Shown: in pieces, positions 9,188 to 17,907 of the stretch
Layout of the letters: each line of letters starts with the position of its first letter
How positions within the stretch are numbered: position 1 is the first letter of the stretch
DNA from: an uncultured Pseudomonadales bacterium
Lineage (GTDB): Bacteria > Patescibacteriota > Microgenomatia > UBA1400 > PJMF01
NCBI GenBank assembly: GCA_964637295.1
Contig: CAZWWE010000004.1
Span: forward strand, 26,674 to 90,673
Direction of reading: 5' to 3'
DNA length: 64,000 nt
The notes under the pieces: model-generated
Database searches by the model: none
What the model was told of the DNA's origin: nothing
What the model saw: the letters and a program-made list of their open reading frames with translations, nothing else
Program-made: the position numbers and the translations under genes

Positions 9188-9260
9188 GCCTTTGTAGCTC
9201 AGTCGGTAGAGCGCAGTCTTGGTAAGACTGAGGTCTCGGGTTCGATCCCCGACGAAGGCT
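9188..9260 (+). tRNA. tRNA-Thr (anticodon GGT)
   Basis: Cloverleaf: acceptor gcctttg/cgaaggc, anticodon stem cagtc/gactg with loop ttGGTaa, T-loop ttcgatc. Confidence 0.9.
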
Positions 9261-9294
9261 CACGGTTTGGTGTTTAAGCGCACCGCCTAAAATA

Positions 9295-9376
9295 GCCAAG
9301 GTACTCAAGTGGTCAACGAGGGTAGTCTGTAAAACTACTGGCTTAGCCTACGAAGGTTCGAACCCTTCCCTTGGCA
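9295..9376 (+). tRNA. tRNA-Tyr (anticodon GTA), long variable arm
   Basis: Acceptor gccaagg/ccttggc, anticodon stem gtagt/actac with loop ctGTAaa, class II variable arm, T-loop ttcgaac. Confidence 0.9.
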
Positions 9377-9403
9377 CATTAAAGGGGCAATGTGGGGAAA
9401 AAC

Positions 9404-9477
9404 GCCCCCCTAGCTCAATTGGTTAGAGCACCTGTTTTGTAAACAGGAGGTTCCGGGTTCGATCCCCGGGGGTGGCT
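9404..9477 (+). tRNA. tRNA-Thr (anticodon TGT)
   Basis: D-arm tagctcaattggttagagca, anticodon stem cctgt/acagg with loop ttTGTaa, T-arm ccggg-ttcgatc-cccgg; one C-U mismatch in acceptor stem. Confidence 0.8.
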
Positions 9478-9529
9478 CAAAGAGGCTGACTCTTAAAATA
9501 ATCATAAAGTATGTTAAAATAACAAATCT

Positions 9530-9733
9530 ATGGCAAGTAAGAAAAAAGGTCCCAGACAAGCAATCGGTTTACAATGTAGTGTTTGTAATGCCTTTGGCTA
9601 CGTCAGTGAATACAACAAAAACAACGAAACTCTTAAAAAGCAAACTTCAGGCGAGGGTAGTTTTCCCTTGAGCAAGTACTGTAAAGTTTGTAAGAAACAC
9701 ACTCCTCATAAATTGATGAAGAAATTGAAGTAA
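9530..9733 (+). CDS. rpmG: 50S ribosomal protein L33
   Basis: 67 aa, two CxxC pairs (CSVCNAF ... CKVCKKHTPHK) typical L33 zinc ribbon; downstream of tRNA cluster as in many bacteria. Confidence 0.85.
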   Translation: MASKKKGPRQAIGLQCSVCNAFGYVSEYNKNNETLKKQTSGEGSFPLSKYCKVCKKHTPHKLMKKLK

Positions 9734-9737
9734 AAAC

Positions 9738-9768
9738 ATCTCGAGGCCTTACGGTCGAGATATTTTTG
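9738..9768 (+). terminator. rho-independent terminator after rpmG (possibly bidirectional)
   Basis: atctcgaggccttacggtcgagat hairpin followed by atttttgttt. Confidence 0.7.
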
Positions 9769-9811
9769 TTTCGCTTACTTAAACGTGGATCTCTTGAAAT
9801 AATTTCTTTTT

Positions 9812-11287
9812 TTAATTGTTTTCTCTGACCGCTTTTAAAATATTTTTTGCTCCTCTATAAAAAATGGGATCAAGTTTTTTACTATTAATCATGGCTTGAG
9901 TGAGCCAGGATTTTTGGCTTTCATCTTTAATGCTTGGAATAGGGCGATTGGCGCTATTTAACTTATCTGTTTCAAAAGTAACTTCGTTATTACTAGTAAT
10001 TTTTACCAATTGTTCAACGATGTGATCAACGTTGGCCACTTGCGCAGTGCCGCTTTTTTTAAAAACCCGACGGACATTGTGTTCCCATTCGCCCCATTCT
10101 TTAAGCGTGAGCAAAGCAGAGCCAGAAACGACGGCATCATAAGCCATATCGCCAGAAGGTTTGCTGATAAAAAGATCGGCATGGGGAAAGGCTTTTTGAA
10201 TTAATAATTCGTTGGCATCAACGATTTGTGGATGATAGATAATGCTGAATCTAGATTGATGATCTTCTTCTGTTTTAGTTTTAATTCTGGCATTTAGGCT
10301 AAATTTTGCTGGGTCTTTAGGACTGATTACTCGATAAGCGAGCTTGTTTTTTTCGGCAATTTGTACTGCCATTTCTTTATGATCCAAGTGGGTGCCAGCA
10401 TAAAAAATCAATTGTGTAGTTACTAAATCGGTTTTTTGGTCACTAGCTTGCTGTTTCAGAACAGGTAAAAGTTGTTCCAAAATACTCTTGATCTCTGATT
10501 TATTGGTGCCAAGCCCACCTGTTGTTAAACAAATTTTCAAAGGTCGATCTTTGGTCCAAGCTTTTTTATTTTCATTACAGGCAATAATTCTGGGATCAAT
10601 TGGGGGTCCAGTGACAACGACTTTGTCTTTTATTTGGTTTTCTGGAATATTTTTACCAATTTGTTGAGCTAGGTCAAAAAAAGCCAATTTTGTTGCTTCA
10701 TCAAAAACTAAAAAGCGCATATTAGGTAAATGAGCGTTATCTAAATAATCGCTACGCACGTGTGGATCTGTGATCATTTGCATAACTTTTTTACCCTCTG
10801 CTGCGAGGATGTTGCCAGTGACAATATGCATTGAAAGAATAGTTTTTTTGATGCTAGAACCAAGGTAGAGAGTGGGTGGAGTGACGTTATCTAAAATGGG
10901 CATTTTAGAACGACCGAATTTGTCTATCACGTCTTTTAAGCTTTTTAGAATTGGCCAACGAGCAATGATTTTACCGATTTCATGAGTCAAAGTTACGCTT
11001 TTAAAAGCTTCATTACTGACATAATTAGTGCCATCAACCAGCCAAGCTTTCTTAGGATCAATTTTTTCACCCCAAGCTTGCATCGCCACGCCCAGAGCCA
11101 TCGAATAATGAGCGCGAGACAGCACAATGTCAGTGCTTTTATCTTCTTCTTTTTGATGATGCAAACCCTTGAGATCTTCTTGAAAAGAAGCCGAGACCGT
11201 CATGATTGGCACTTGAGTTTGCTCGAGAAGCTTTTTGTCTGCTTGGTAGATTTTTTTTAAATCTCTGCTGATGTCGTAATCTTGCAT
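9812..11287 (-). CDS. GT28-family glycosyltransferase (MGDG synthase / UgtP-like diacylglycerol glycosyltransferase)
   Basis: C-terminal FISKPSGDMAYDAVVSGSALLTLKEWGEWEHNVRRVFKKSGTAQV aligns to UgtP ITKPGGITLTEA..PVPGQEKENA..GAAIVV; ICLTTGGLGT glycine-rich loop. Confidence 0.65.
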   Translation of the reverse strand: MQDYDISRDLKKIYQADKKLLEQTQVPIMTVSASFQEDLKGLHHQKEEDKSTDIVLSRAHYSMALGVAMQAWGEKIDPKKAWLVDGTNYVSNEAFKSVTLTHEIGKIIARWPILKSLKDVIDKFGRSKMPILDNVTPPTLYLGSSIKKTILSMHIVTGNILAAEGKKVMQMITDPHVRSDYLDNAHLPNMRFLVFDEATKLAFFDLAQQIGKNIPENQIKDKVVVTGPPIDPRIIACNENKKAWTKDRPLKICLTTGGLGTNKSEIKSILEQLLPVLKQQASDQKTDLVTTQLIFYAGTHLDHKEMAVQIAEKNKLAYRVISPKDPAKFSLNARIKTKTEEDHQSRFSIIYHPQIVDANELLIQKAFPHADLFISKPSGDMAYDAVVSGSALLTLKEWGEWEHNVRRVFKKSGTAQVANVDHIVEQLVKITSNNEVTFETDKLNSANRPIPSIKDESQKSWLTQAMINSKKLDPIFYRGAKNILKAVRENN

Positions 11288-11325
11288 GATTTTTAGTGTA
11301 GCAGTTCACTCGTTGAGTTAGAAGT

Positions 11326-12030
11326 ATGTTTTTATATCCAATTGACCGAACAAAACACGAAGATTATGATATTCATATGGCTTATTCTTTAGAAATTAAA
11401 AACAAAGCAATCGAACTTAGAAAAGCTGGCTATTCCATAAAAGAAATTGCTAGAACTTTGACTATAGCAGTAAGCACATCTTCAATTTGGCTTAGGAAAA
11501 CACCCATTAGCTCAGCTGGCAAGAATCGCATGCAAAAGCAATCTTCTATAAACAGATATAAAATGTCGATCTTCTGGAATAAAAAGAGATTAAAAAGATT
11601 ATTGTTTCATCAAAAAAAGGCACAAAAAATACTCAAACAGGTCATTTTTACCAAATCAATTAATAAATTAATCTGTGCAGTTTTGTTTTGGGCAGAAGGG
11701 TCAAAAAACACCAACCATATAGCATTTACTAATTCTGACCCAAGAATGATTGAAGTATTTCTTAACTTATTACGTCAAAGCTATGATTTGGATGAAAGTA
11801 AATTCCACGTCAGTATGCATTTGCATGAGCATCATGATTTACAACGGTCTTTCAATTTTTGGTCAAAAGTGACTAAAATTAATCGATTACAATTCATTAA
11901 ACCATACATAAAACCGCACACTGGTTTTAGAAAAAAGTTAGGTTATAAGGGATGTATAACCATTCGTTATTATGATTCTGAAATTGCCAGAGAACTAACG
12001 GCACTATATAATAGTCTCCCTAGTAAATAG
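11326..12030 (+). CDS. HTH domain protein with LAGLIDADG-like homing endonuclease module
   Basis: N-terminal HTH (ELRKAGYSIKEIARTL); central LICAVLFWAEGSKNTNHIAF resembles the LAGLIDADG / GFFDAEGS motif; stop codon overlaps first nt of tRNA-Trp. Confidence 0.45.
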   Translation: MFLYPIDRTKHEDYDIHMAYSLEIKNKAIELRKAGYSIKEIARTLTIAVSTSSIWLRKTPISSAGKNRMQKQSSINRYKMSIFWNKKRLKRLLFHQKKAQKILKQVIFTKSINKLICAVLFWAEGSKNTNHIAFTNSDPRMIEVFLNLLRQSYDLDESKFHVSMHLHEHHDLQRSFNFWSKVTKINRLQFIKPYIKPHTGFRKKLGYKGCITIRYYDSEIARELTALYNSLPSK

Positions 12031-12099
12031 GGCGGTCGTCCAGTGGTAGGGCCTTTCTCTCCAAAAGAAATGACGAGGGTTCGATTCCTTCCCGCCCTG
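12029..12099 (+). tRNA. tRNA-Trp (anticodon CCA)
   Basis: Acceptor agggcgg/ccgccct, anticodon stem tttct/agaaa with loop ctCCAaa, T-arm gaggg-ttcgatt-ccttc. Confidence 0.85.
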
Positions 12100-12112
12100 C
12101 AAATATAAAAAA

Positions 12113-12136
12113 GTCCAGCAATGCTGGATTTTTTTA
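12113..12136 (+). terminator. rho-independent terminator after tRNA-Trp
   Basis: tccagc-aat-gctgga followed by ttttttta. Confidence 0.7.
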
Positions 12137-12182
12137 TATTTGTTGTGGTAAGGAAAAATAACGAAGCTTTTTTGGTTTTCAA

Positions 12183-12776
12183 TTAATTGCCATTGTTTCT
12201 TAAAGCTTCTAAAAATTCTGCTTCTATTTGTTTTTTTTCAATTTCAGCCATTTTTTCAAAAATCTGAGCCAAAGGTAATTCAGTCATGGTCATCACTTCA
12301 TGAAGGCTACGATATTTTTTGCGATCAGCGGAAGCTGAGTGACCTTTTTGGCCGATTTGACAGGCAAAAATCCCAAAACGAGGATCGATAATGCGGTTTC
12401 CGCCAACCAAATTGCCAATAAACCAATCTGGTCCTCCCTTTGGATCTTTTATTTGCAAGTGAACAGCGAGGATATCCGAGCGCATGCTTTCTTGAACTCC
12501 TTCTAAAGTATCAGCTATTCTCAGCACCATTACTTGGATATCAATTCCATCAATTGAAATAGTCGTCTCTAAAGAGACTGGCCACTTGCCATAAAGGAAA
12601 ACATACGCCAACTCTCTCAAGCCTTTTTTTATAGTTTTGCTTTTTGGATCTTGTTGATAAGCAGTCGATAAAGCTCTGAGCAAAAATTCTCTCGCTAACT
12701 GAATAGTTTTTAATTCTTTCTCAATTTTTCTTTGTTCCTCATTCATTCCAAAATATTCTTCAAGGTAATTGGTCAT
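12183..12776 (-). CDS. hypothetical protein (197 aa)
   Basis: ORF only; no recognisable motif; adjacent to the HTH-LAGLIDADG ORF and tRNA-Trp. Confidence 0.45.
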   Translation of the reverse strand: MTNYLEEYFGMNEEQRKIEKELKTIQLAREFLLRALSTAYQQDPKSKTIKKGLRELAYVFLYGKWPVSLETTISIDGIDIQVMVLRIADTLEGVQESMRSDILAVHLQIKDPKGGPDWFIGNLVGGNRIIDPRFGIFACQIGQKGHSASADRKKYRSLHEVMTMTELPLAQIFEKMAEIEKKQIEAEFLEALRNNGN

Positions 12777-12796
12777 AAGCTTTTTTAATTATCTTT

Positions 12797-13195
12797 CTAA
12801 TTAATTTTACTTCCACAAAACTTACACTTTTTCGCCTTAAAGGGAATTTTGCTCAAGCACTCTGGGCAAACTTTTTCTGCAGGCTCGGTTTTTTTAGGTT
12901 TTTTTGCTTCCATAAGTTTGTTCATTGGCAAAACGATGAAAAAATAAATAGTGGCTGAAATCGTTAAAAAGGAAAGCACTGCGTTGATAAAGTCGCCCAC
13001 CATAAATTTACTTTGGTTAATGGTGAAATAAATGTTTGAAAAATCCGGCGTACCACCAAAGGCTCCAATAAAAGGAGTGATAATGTCTTTTACTAGTGCA
13101 CTGACCACATTACCAAAAGCTACGCCAACCACCACGCCGACTGCCATGTCGACAACGTTGCCTTTGAGAATAAATTTTTTGAAACCTTCTAGCAT
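12797..13195 (-). CDS. mscL: large-conductance mechanosensitive channel MscL fused to C-terminal CxxC-x-CxxC zinc ribbon
   Basis: MLEGFKKFILKGNVVDMAVGVVVGVAFGNVVSALVKDIITPFIG MscL N-terminus/TM1; C-terminal CPECLSKIPFKAKKCKFCGSKI. Confidence 0.85.
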   Translation of the reverse strand: MLEGFKKFILKGNVVDMAVGVVVGVAFGNVVSALVKDIITPFIGAFGGTPDFSNIYFTINQSKFMVGDFINAVLSFLTISATIYFFIVLPMNKLMEAKKPKKTEPAEKVCPECLSKIPFKAKKCKFCGSKIN

Positions 13196-13218
13196 GATGT
13201 CCTTTTTTTGAGTAGTTT

Positions 13219-13947
13219 TTATTCTAAAAATTTCAATAAATAAATTGTGCTAATTCCAATCGCAACAAAGACTAGCGACTGGAGTAATTTCCACAGGTTT
13301 TTTTCAGCTCTAATTTCTGGTAGTAAATCAGCGGCGGCGATGTATAAAAAGCCACCTGCGGCGACAGCCAATAAATAATGAATAGCCACATCACTAAAAT
13401 CAAACAGCCATTGGCCAATTAAAACACCTAAAACGGCAAATAAAGACACAAAAAAGTTAAAAAAGACCGCTTGCTTTTTACTTAAACCGGCGTGCAGCAA
13501 AACCCCAAAATCACCCAGTTCTTGAGGTAATTCATGCAAAATAATGGCTAAGCTAGCTCCCAGACCAACTTCCCAGCTGACCGCGAAGCTAGCAGCGATA
13601 ATTAGGCCATCAATGAAATTATGAACTGAGTCACCAATTAAATTCATGTAAGCCACGCTATGTACTTCACAATGATCTTTGTGACAATGATGCCAGCCAA
13701 GTAATTTTTCAATCAAGAAAAAGCCTAAAAATGCTATAAAAGTGATTTGCAAACTCATTTCTGCCCCCAAAACCTCAATGCTTTCTGGTAAAAGATGAAA
13801 AAACGCATCGGCCATCAGGGTTCCAGCTGCCAAAGCTAGTAACAAATGAATGATTTGATGTAATTGTTTTTTGAGGAGTAACAAAGAAGCTGCGCTTAAT
13901 AAAGAAAGCAAACTGATTAAAAGAGTAGCCAGTAAAGCAATATTCAT
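13219..13947 (-). CDS. zupT: ZIP-family divalent metal transporter (ZupT-like)
   Basis: HNFIDGLIIAASF and ILHELPQELGDFGVLLHAG ZIP signature helices. Confidence 0.8.
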   Translation of the reverse strand: MNIALLATLLISLLSLLSAASLLLLKKQLHQIIHLLLALAAGTLMADAFFHLLPESIEVLGAEMSLQITFIAFLGFFLIEKLLGWHHCHKDHCEVHSVAYMNLIGDSVHNFIDGLIIAASFAVSWEVGLGASLAIILHELPQELGDFGVLLHAGLSKKQAVFFNFFVSLFAVLGVLIGQWLFDFSDVAIHYLLAVAAGGFLYIAAADLLPEIRAEKNLWKLLQSLVFVAIGISTIYLLKFLE

Positions 13948-13968
13948 ATTATTAGTTTTTTTAAATTC

Positions 13969-14586
13969 CTAAATAAAAATTTTCAATAAAATATCAATGA
14001 GAGGACGAAGTAAAGCGTTTACCGCCGAACTGCCGCCCACCCAAGGAAAGACCAGCATGATTAGGATCACCGTACCATAGCGACTCATCACGTCTTCATA
14101 CTCTAAGCTGGCTTGATGAGGCAATAAAGCACGCATGATTTTGCCGCCGTCCAGAGGGTAAATGGGCAATAAATTAAAAAGAGCTAAAGCAACATTGATA
14201 AAAATTAACTGCATGCTAAAAAGGGCAAAAAACTCGCCGCCAAAACCTAGTTTTAACAAAATTGACAAAAAAGTAGCAATTAGTAAATTGCTTGCTGGTC
14301 CAGCAGCAGCAATCAAAGCGGCATCACGGATGGGTTCTTTGAGATTGTATGGATCATAAGGCGCAGCCTTGCCCCAGCCGAAACCAGTCAAAATAATCGC
14401 CAGAGTGCCAAGCGGATCTAAATGGGCGAGGGGATTAAGAGTTAGACGACCCTTGATGCGTGGGGTGGGATCGCCCAAGCGATCGGTGACAAAACAGTGG
14501 GCGAATTCATGAAAACCGATAGAAATCACTAGGCCAGCCATAAAAATAAAAAAAGCGATGGGGTTTTGAACGAGTAGATCTAACAT
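13969..14586 (-). CDS. M50-family (site-2 protease-like) membrane metalloprotease
   Basis: HEFAHCF HExxH motif in TM helix and NLLPIYPLDGGKIM LDG motif. Confidence 0.8.
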   Translation of the reverse strand: MLDLLVQNPIAFFIFMAGLVISIGFHEFAHCFVTDRLGDPTPRIKGRLTLNPLAHLDPLGTLAIILTGFGWGKAAPYDPYNLKEPIRDAALIAAAGPASNLLIATFLSILLKLGFGGEFFALFSMQLIFINVALALFNLLPIYPLDGGKIMRALLPHQASLEYEDVMSRYGTVILIMLVFPWVGGSSAVNALLRPLIDILLKIFI

Positions 14587-14602
14587 AGGTTGTTTGATTC
14601 TA

Positions 14603-16606
14603 TTATACTTCTTTCATTTTTTCTTTAAGCATTCGCCATTTATCACCTAAAAAATTACGCAGATACCAAGTAGCTTGGCGAAAGTGAGTAGCGCAGTATT
14701 TCAAATCACTTTTACAATTTGGGGCGAAATATATATTGAGAGTTTCACTGAAACCATCCTTGGTAATAGTAACCGAAGTTTTAAGAGGTTTGCTATTCAT
14801 AAAATCTAAAAACAACATGCCATTTTGACCATGTTGAGCTTTGACTTCCACACTATCAATTTTGTCAGCGACAGTGATTTTAGGCTCGGTTTTCAAAGTC
14901 ACCGGATAGCCATACTGATCCTTTGGAAACAAGACCAGGCGCACGGGGTTGCGTCCGGCCATGGCAAAGCGATTATTTTTATGTAAATAAGTAGTTTTAG
15001 CACTGAGAGAATGTTCGCTTAATTCTGGAAAAAGTAGAGGATAATGTTTTTGACGCATTTCTTCAAACAAATTTGCTTGATTTTTAATTTTGATGGTAAA
15101 AATATTTAAATCGTTTTGACTAGTGATTTTTATTAATTGCCAAGCCTGTTCTTTTTTAATTTTTTCGAGTAAAGCATTGTTAGTTTGATCAACAGTCTGT
15201 TTAATTAAGGCAATGTTTTGATCATCAAAAATGGCTAAAAGCTGATCTTTATTGATTACTTTAAATTCACTGTCACTGATTTCAATTTTCAATGTTTTTG
15301 GATCAATCTTTTCACTAAGTAACAATCGGCCTGGTTTCAGCTCATTTTTCTTTAATTCATTTAGGTTATCATTGGTCAATAAATCAAATTGTAAACTTTG
15401 ATCATTAGCTGGGTAGCGCGAACCATCGATAATAAAAGGAACTATCCACCAGCCCAATTTTTTAGCCGACTTTTCCAAATATGGATCAGTAAAACTGTCA
15501 TCATAGATTCTTAAATCACTGATAAATAATTCTTTATCGCTTAAACGCAAGCGTAAGCGGTAGTGTGGAGTAGTAATCCACCAGGCTTTTTCATTGGTAT
15601 TTTTCTGATCTTGACCCTCATAGACAGATAGTTTTTGATTTGAGTTGTTTTTTTGCCTAAAAAAAATTGCGTAATCCTTGGCCAACAAAACCTGCTGGTC
15701 TTGATGTTCTTGCTGGTATTTTTTGATAAAATTTAATTGTTTTTTAAATTCAGTCTGCACTTCACTGGGCATCGAATTTTCTAAGCCGAGCAGAGCGAAA
15801 GTATCTTGATTGGAGTTTTGTGAGTGAGCTTGTAAAAATAAGTGTTCAAAGTAGCTAAAATCTGCTTTACGTAGGGCATAATCATTGGGTTGCGAAGTAA
15901 AAGAACTGCTGTCATCTCCATAATTATAGACCGGATCAGTGATAGTTTGTCTGACGATGATGGGCATGTTTTCATTATTTTGAGCAGCGGGCACTAAAGC
16001 CCAATTTTGGCTTGGATAATATGGATAATGAACTGGTCCACCATAAAGTGTGTAAGAATCGACACCCATTTGTTCTCTAGTGATTTGGTGAAGCAATACG
16101 CCATACTGGTTTTTTAAGAGTTGCAGAGAAAAAGGATCAATCATCCAAGCGGTGGTAATTTTTGGATAATTATCAAAAACTTTTTTAAAACTTTCCATGT
16201 AAGTCTCTAGAATTTTTTTGCGATCACTCAGCGAATAGCCAATCAAATAAGCAAACTGCGCCTCATACCAATTACTTTCGTTGCCGCTATAATTAACACC
16301 TGCATCTTGAGCCAACTCTTGAGTAATTTCTAAAAAAGCTCCCCATTCAAGATTGGGATTAGCTTGATATTTTTTAATGAGCCTTAGAAATTCAGGATTT
16401 TTCAAAACGTCATAACGTAAAGTAAAAGTGCTGGGTAAACTTAATTGAGAAACAGTATCTAGCTGCAATTTTAAATTAACTACATTTCCAGGACTGCAAC
16501 ACTCAGTTCCGCGCACTTGATTGATGATTAAAGTAGTGTGATCTGCTGCTAGAATTGGTTGACTAAAGATTATGCCAAAAGTCAAAATAAATAATAAAAA
16601 TATCAT
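14603..16606 (-). CDS. secreted hypothetical protein (667 aa) with N-terminal signal peptide
   Basis: MIFLLFILTFGIIFSQPILAA signal-like N-terminus; no confident domain assignment. Confidence 0.5.
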   Translation of the reverse strand: MIFLLFILTFGIIFSQPILAADHTTLIINQVRGTECCSPGNVVNLKLQLDTVSQLSLPSTFTLRYDVLKNPEFLRLIKKYQANPNLEWGAFLEITQELAQDAGVNYSGNESNWYEAQFAYLIGYSLSDRKKILETYMESFKKVFDNYPKITTAWMIDPFSLQLLKNQYGVLLHQITREQMGVDSYTLYGGPVHYPYYPSQNWALVPAAQNNENMPIIVRQTITDPVYNYGDDSSSFTSQPNDYALRKADFSYFEHLFLQAHSQNSNQDTFALLGLENSMPSEVQTEFKKQLNFIKKYQQEHQDQQVLLAKDYAIFFRQKNNSNQKLSVYEGQDQKNTNEKAWWITTPHYRLRLRLSDKELFISDLRIYDDSFTDPYLEKSAKKLGWWIVPFIIDGSRYPANDQSLQFDLLTNDNLNELKKNELKPGRLLLSEKIDPKTLKIEISDSEFKVINKDQLLAIFDDQNIALIKQTVDQTNNALLEKIKKEQAWQLIKITSQNDLNIFTIKIKNQANLFEEMRQKHYPLLFPELSEHSLSAKTTYLHKNNRFAMAGRNPVRLVLFPKDQYGYPVTLKTEPKITVADKIDSVEVKAQHGQNGMLFLDFMNSKPLKTSVTITKDGFSETLNIYFAPNCKSDLKYCATHFRQATWYLRNFLGDKWRMLKEKMKEV

Positions 16607-16688
16607 TTGCTAAATTATTCTAACATCTCACTTGAAAATTTCTTCCTCTGCCCATTTTTTTCTTCATATGGTAAAATCACCCTCTGTT

Positions 16689-16901
16689 ATGAAAATCAAT
16701 TTGCATAAATACTCTACAATCGCTAGCTATGGTCACAACGTTTCTCACGCCAAGAATCGTACCAGAAGAGCTTTTAAATATAATTTGCACACTGCTACCG
16801 TGATGATTGATGGCCTCAAGAAAAAAATTAAGGTTCCTACTCGAGTCTTGAGACAACTTAAGAAATTAGGTTTGACCAATCACTATAAGAAAACTGCTTA
16901 A
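16689..16901 (+). CDS. rpmB: 50S ribosomal protein L28
   Basis: GHNVSHAKNRTRRAFKYNLH ... KKIKVPTRVLRQLKKLG matches L28 ([20 protein letters not shown]...); start set at ATG 16689 rather than track TTG 16632. Confidence 0.8.
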   Translation: MKINLHKYSTIASYGHNVSHAKNRTRRAFKYNLHTATVMIDGLKKKIKVPTRVLRQLKKLGLTNHYKKTA

Positions 16902-16910
16902 TTTAATTTG

Positions 16911-17897
16911 TTAAAGCAAGGCGTTTTTGCATTCTCTAAATAGACAAGGATTTTTACCCTCGATTTGCACGCGATCGAGAATTAGTTGTTGATTATCTAT
17001 GTGACAGGCAAAAATCTTCATTCTTTTTTCACCTTGATTGGTTTTAATTACGGTCCATAGTCCTGGCCAGGGAGAGAAAGCGCGACTAGCATTAATGATT
17101 AATTGAATTTGCTCAGTTTTATCTTTGCAAATTTCATCATCCATTAATAAATTGTTTAAAAGCTTTTGTTTGTCTATGGATAAATGTACTTTTTCTAAAT
17201 GATTAGTCATTAGTTGTTGCAAAGCTTGCCAAGTAATAAAACTATCTGTCTTATCCAATCTGCGAGCGGTTCTAGTTGGACTTTCGAGTGGTTGTGGCTG
17301 GCTTGTAATTTTCTTTTCTGCAAAATCGCTGATTAAATTAGCCAATTTTTTCATCATCAGCTTAAAAGCATGCTCATAATATTCATCTTGTGTCCAGTTT
17401 TCTTCAATTTCAAAAGGCAACTGAGCAATAATTGGGCCTTGATCCAAACCCTCGTTCATGATCATCAAAGTTACTGCAGATTGTTTTGTTTCCTCAGCTA
17501 AATCCTTAAACAATAAAGCAAATTGTCCGGGAGAACTACCGCGCCATTTTGGTAATAGTGAAGGATGAACATTAAGTGGAGCAATTTTGGGTATTTGCAG
17601 TAACCAAGAGGGAATTAAATAGCCGAAATCTACCACTAAAAGAAAATCTATTTCTCCAGCAGTGAATAGTTGTTCTTGCAAAGTGCCATCGATCTTTTTT
17701 TCAACTGCAAAATTAGTAATTTGATTTGCTTCTGCCCAAACTTGTAGAGGATTTTTAGTAAGAACTTGTTTTCGACCAATTAATTTAGGAGTGGGAGAGA
17801 TGGTGTATCTAATTTCAAAACGATTATCAGTCTGCAAAGCTTCTGCCATCATGACAGTGTATTGACTGGAACCAGCTAAAGCAATTTTGTATGGCAT
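16911..17897 (-). CDS. fmt: methionyl-tRNA formyltransferase
   Basis: NVHPSLLPKWRGSSPGQFALL formyltransferase motif; def-fmt operon arrangement. Confidence 0.9.
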   Translation of the reverse strand: MPYKIALAGSSQYTVMMAEALQTDNRFEIRYTISPTPKLIGRKQVLTKNPLQVWAEANQITNFAVEKKIDGTLQEQLFTAGEIDFLLVVDFGYLIPSWLLQIPKIAPLNVHPSLLPKWRGSSPGQFALLFKDLAEETKQSAVTLMIMNEGLDQGPIIAQLPFEIEENWTQDEYYEHAFKLMMKKLANLISDFAEKKITSQPQPLESPTRTARRLDKTDSFITWQALQQLMTNHLEKVHLSIDKQKLLNNLLMDDEICKDKTEQIQLIINASRAFSPWPGLWTVIKTNQGEKRMKIFACHIDNQQLILDRVQIEGKNPCLFRECKNALL

Positions 17898-17907
17898 TGT
17901 TTGATTT

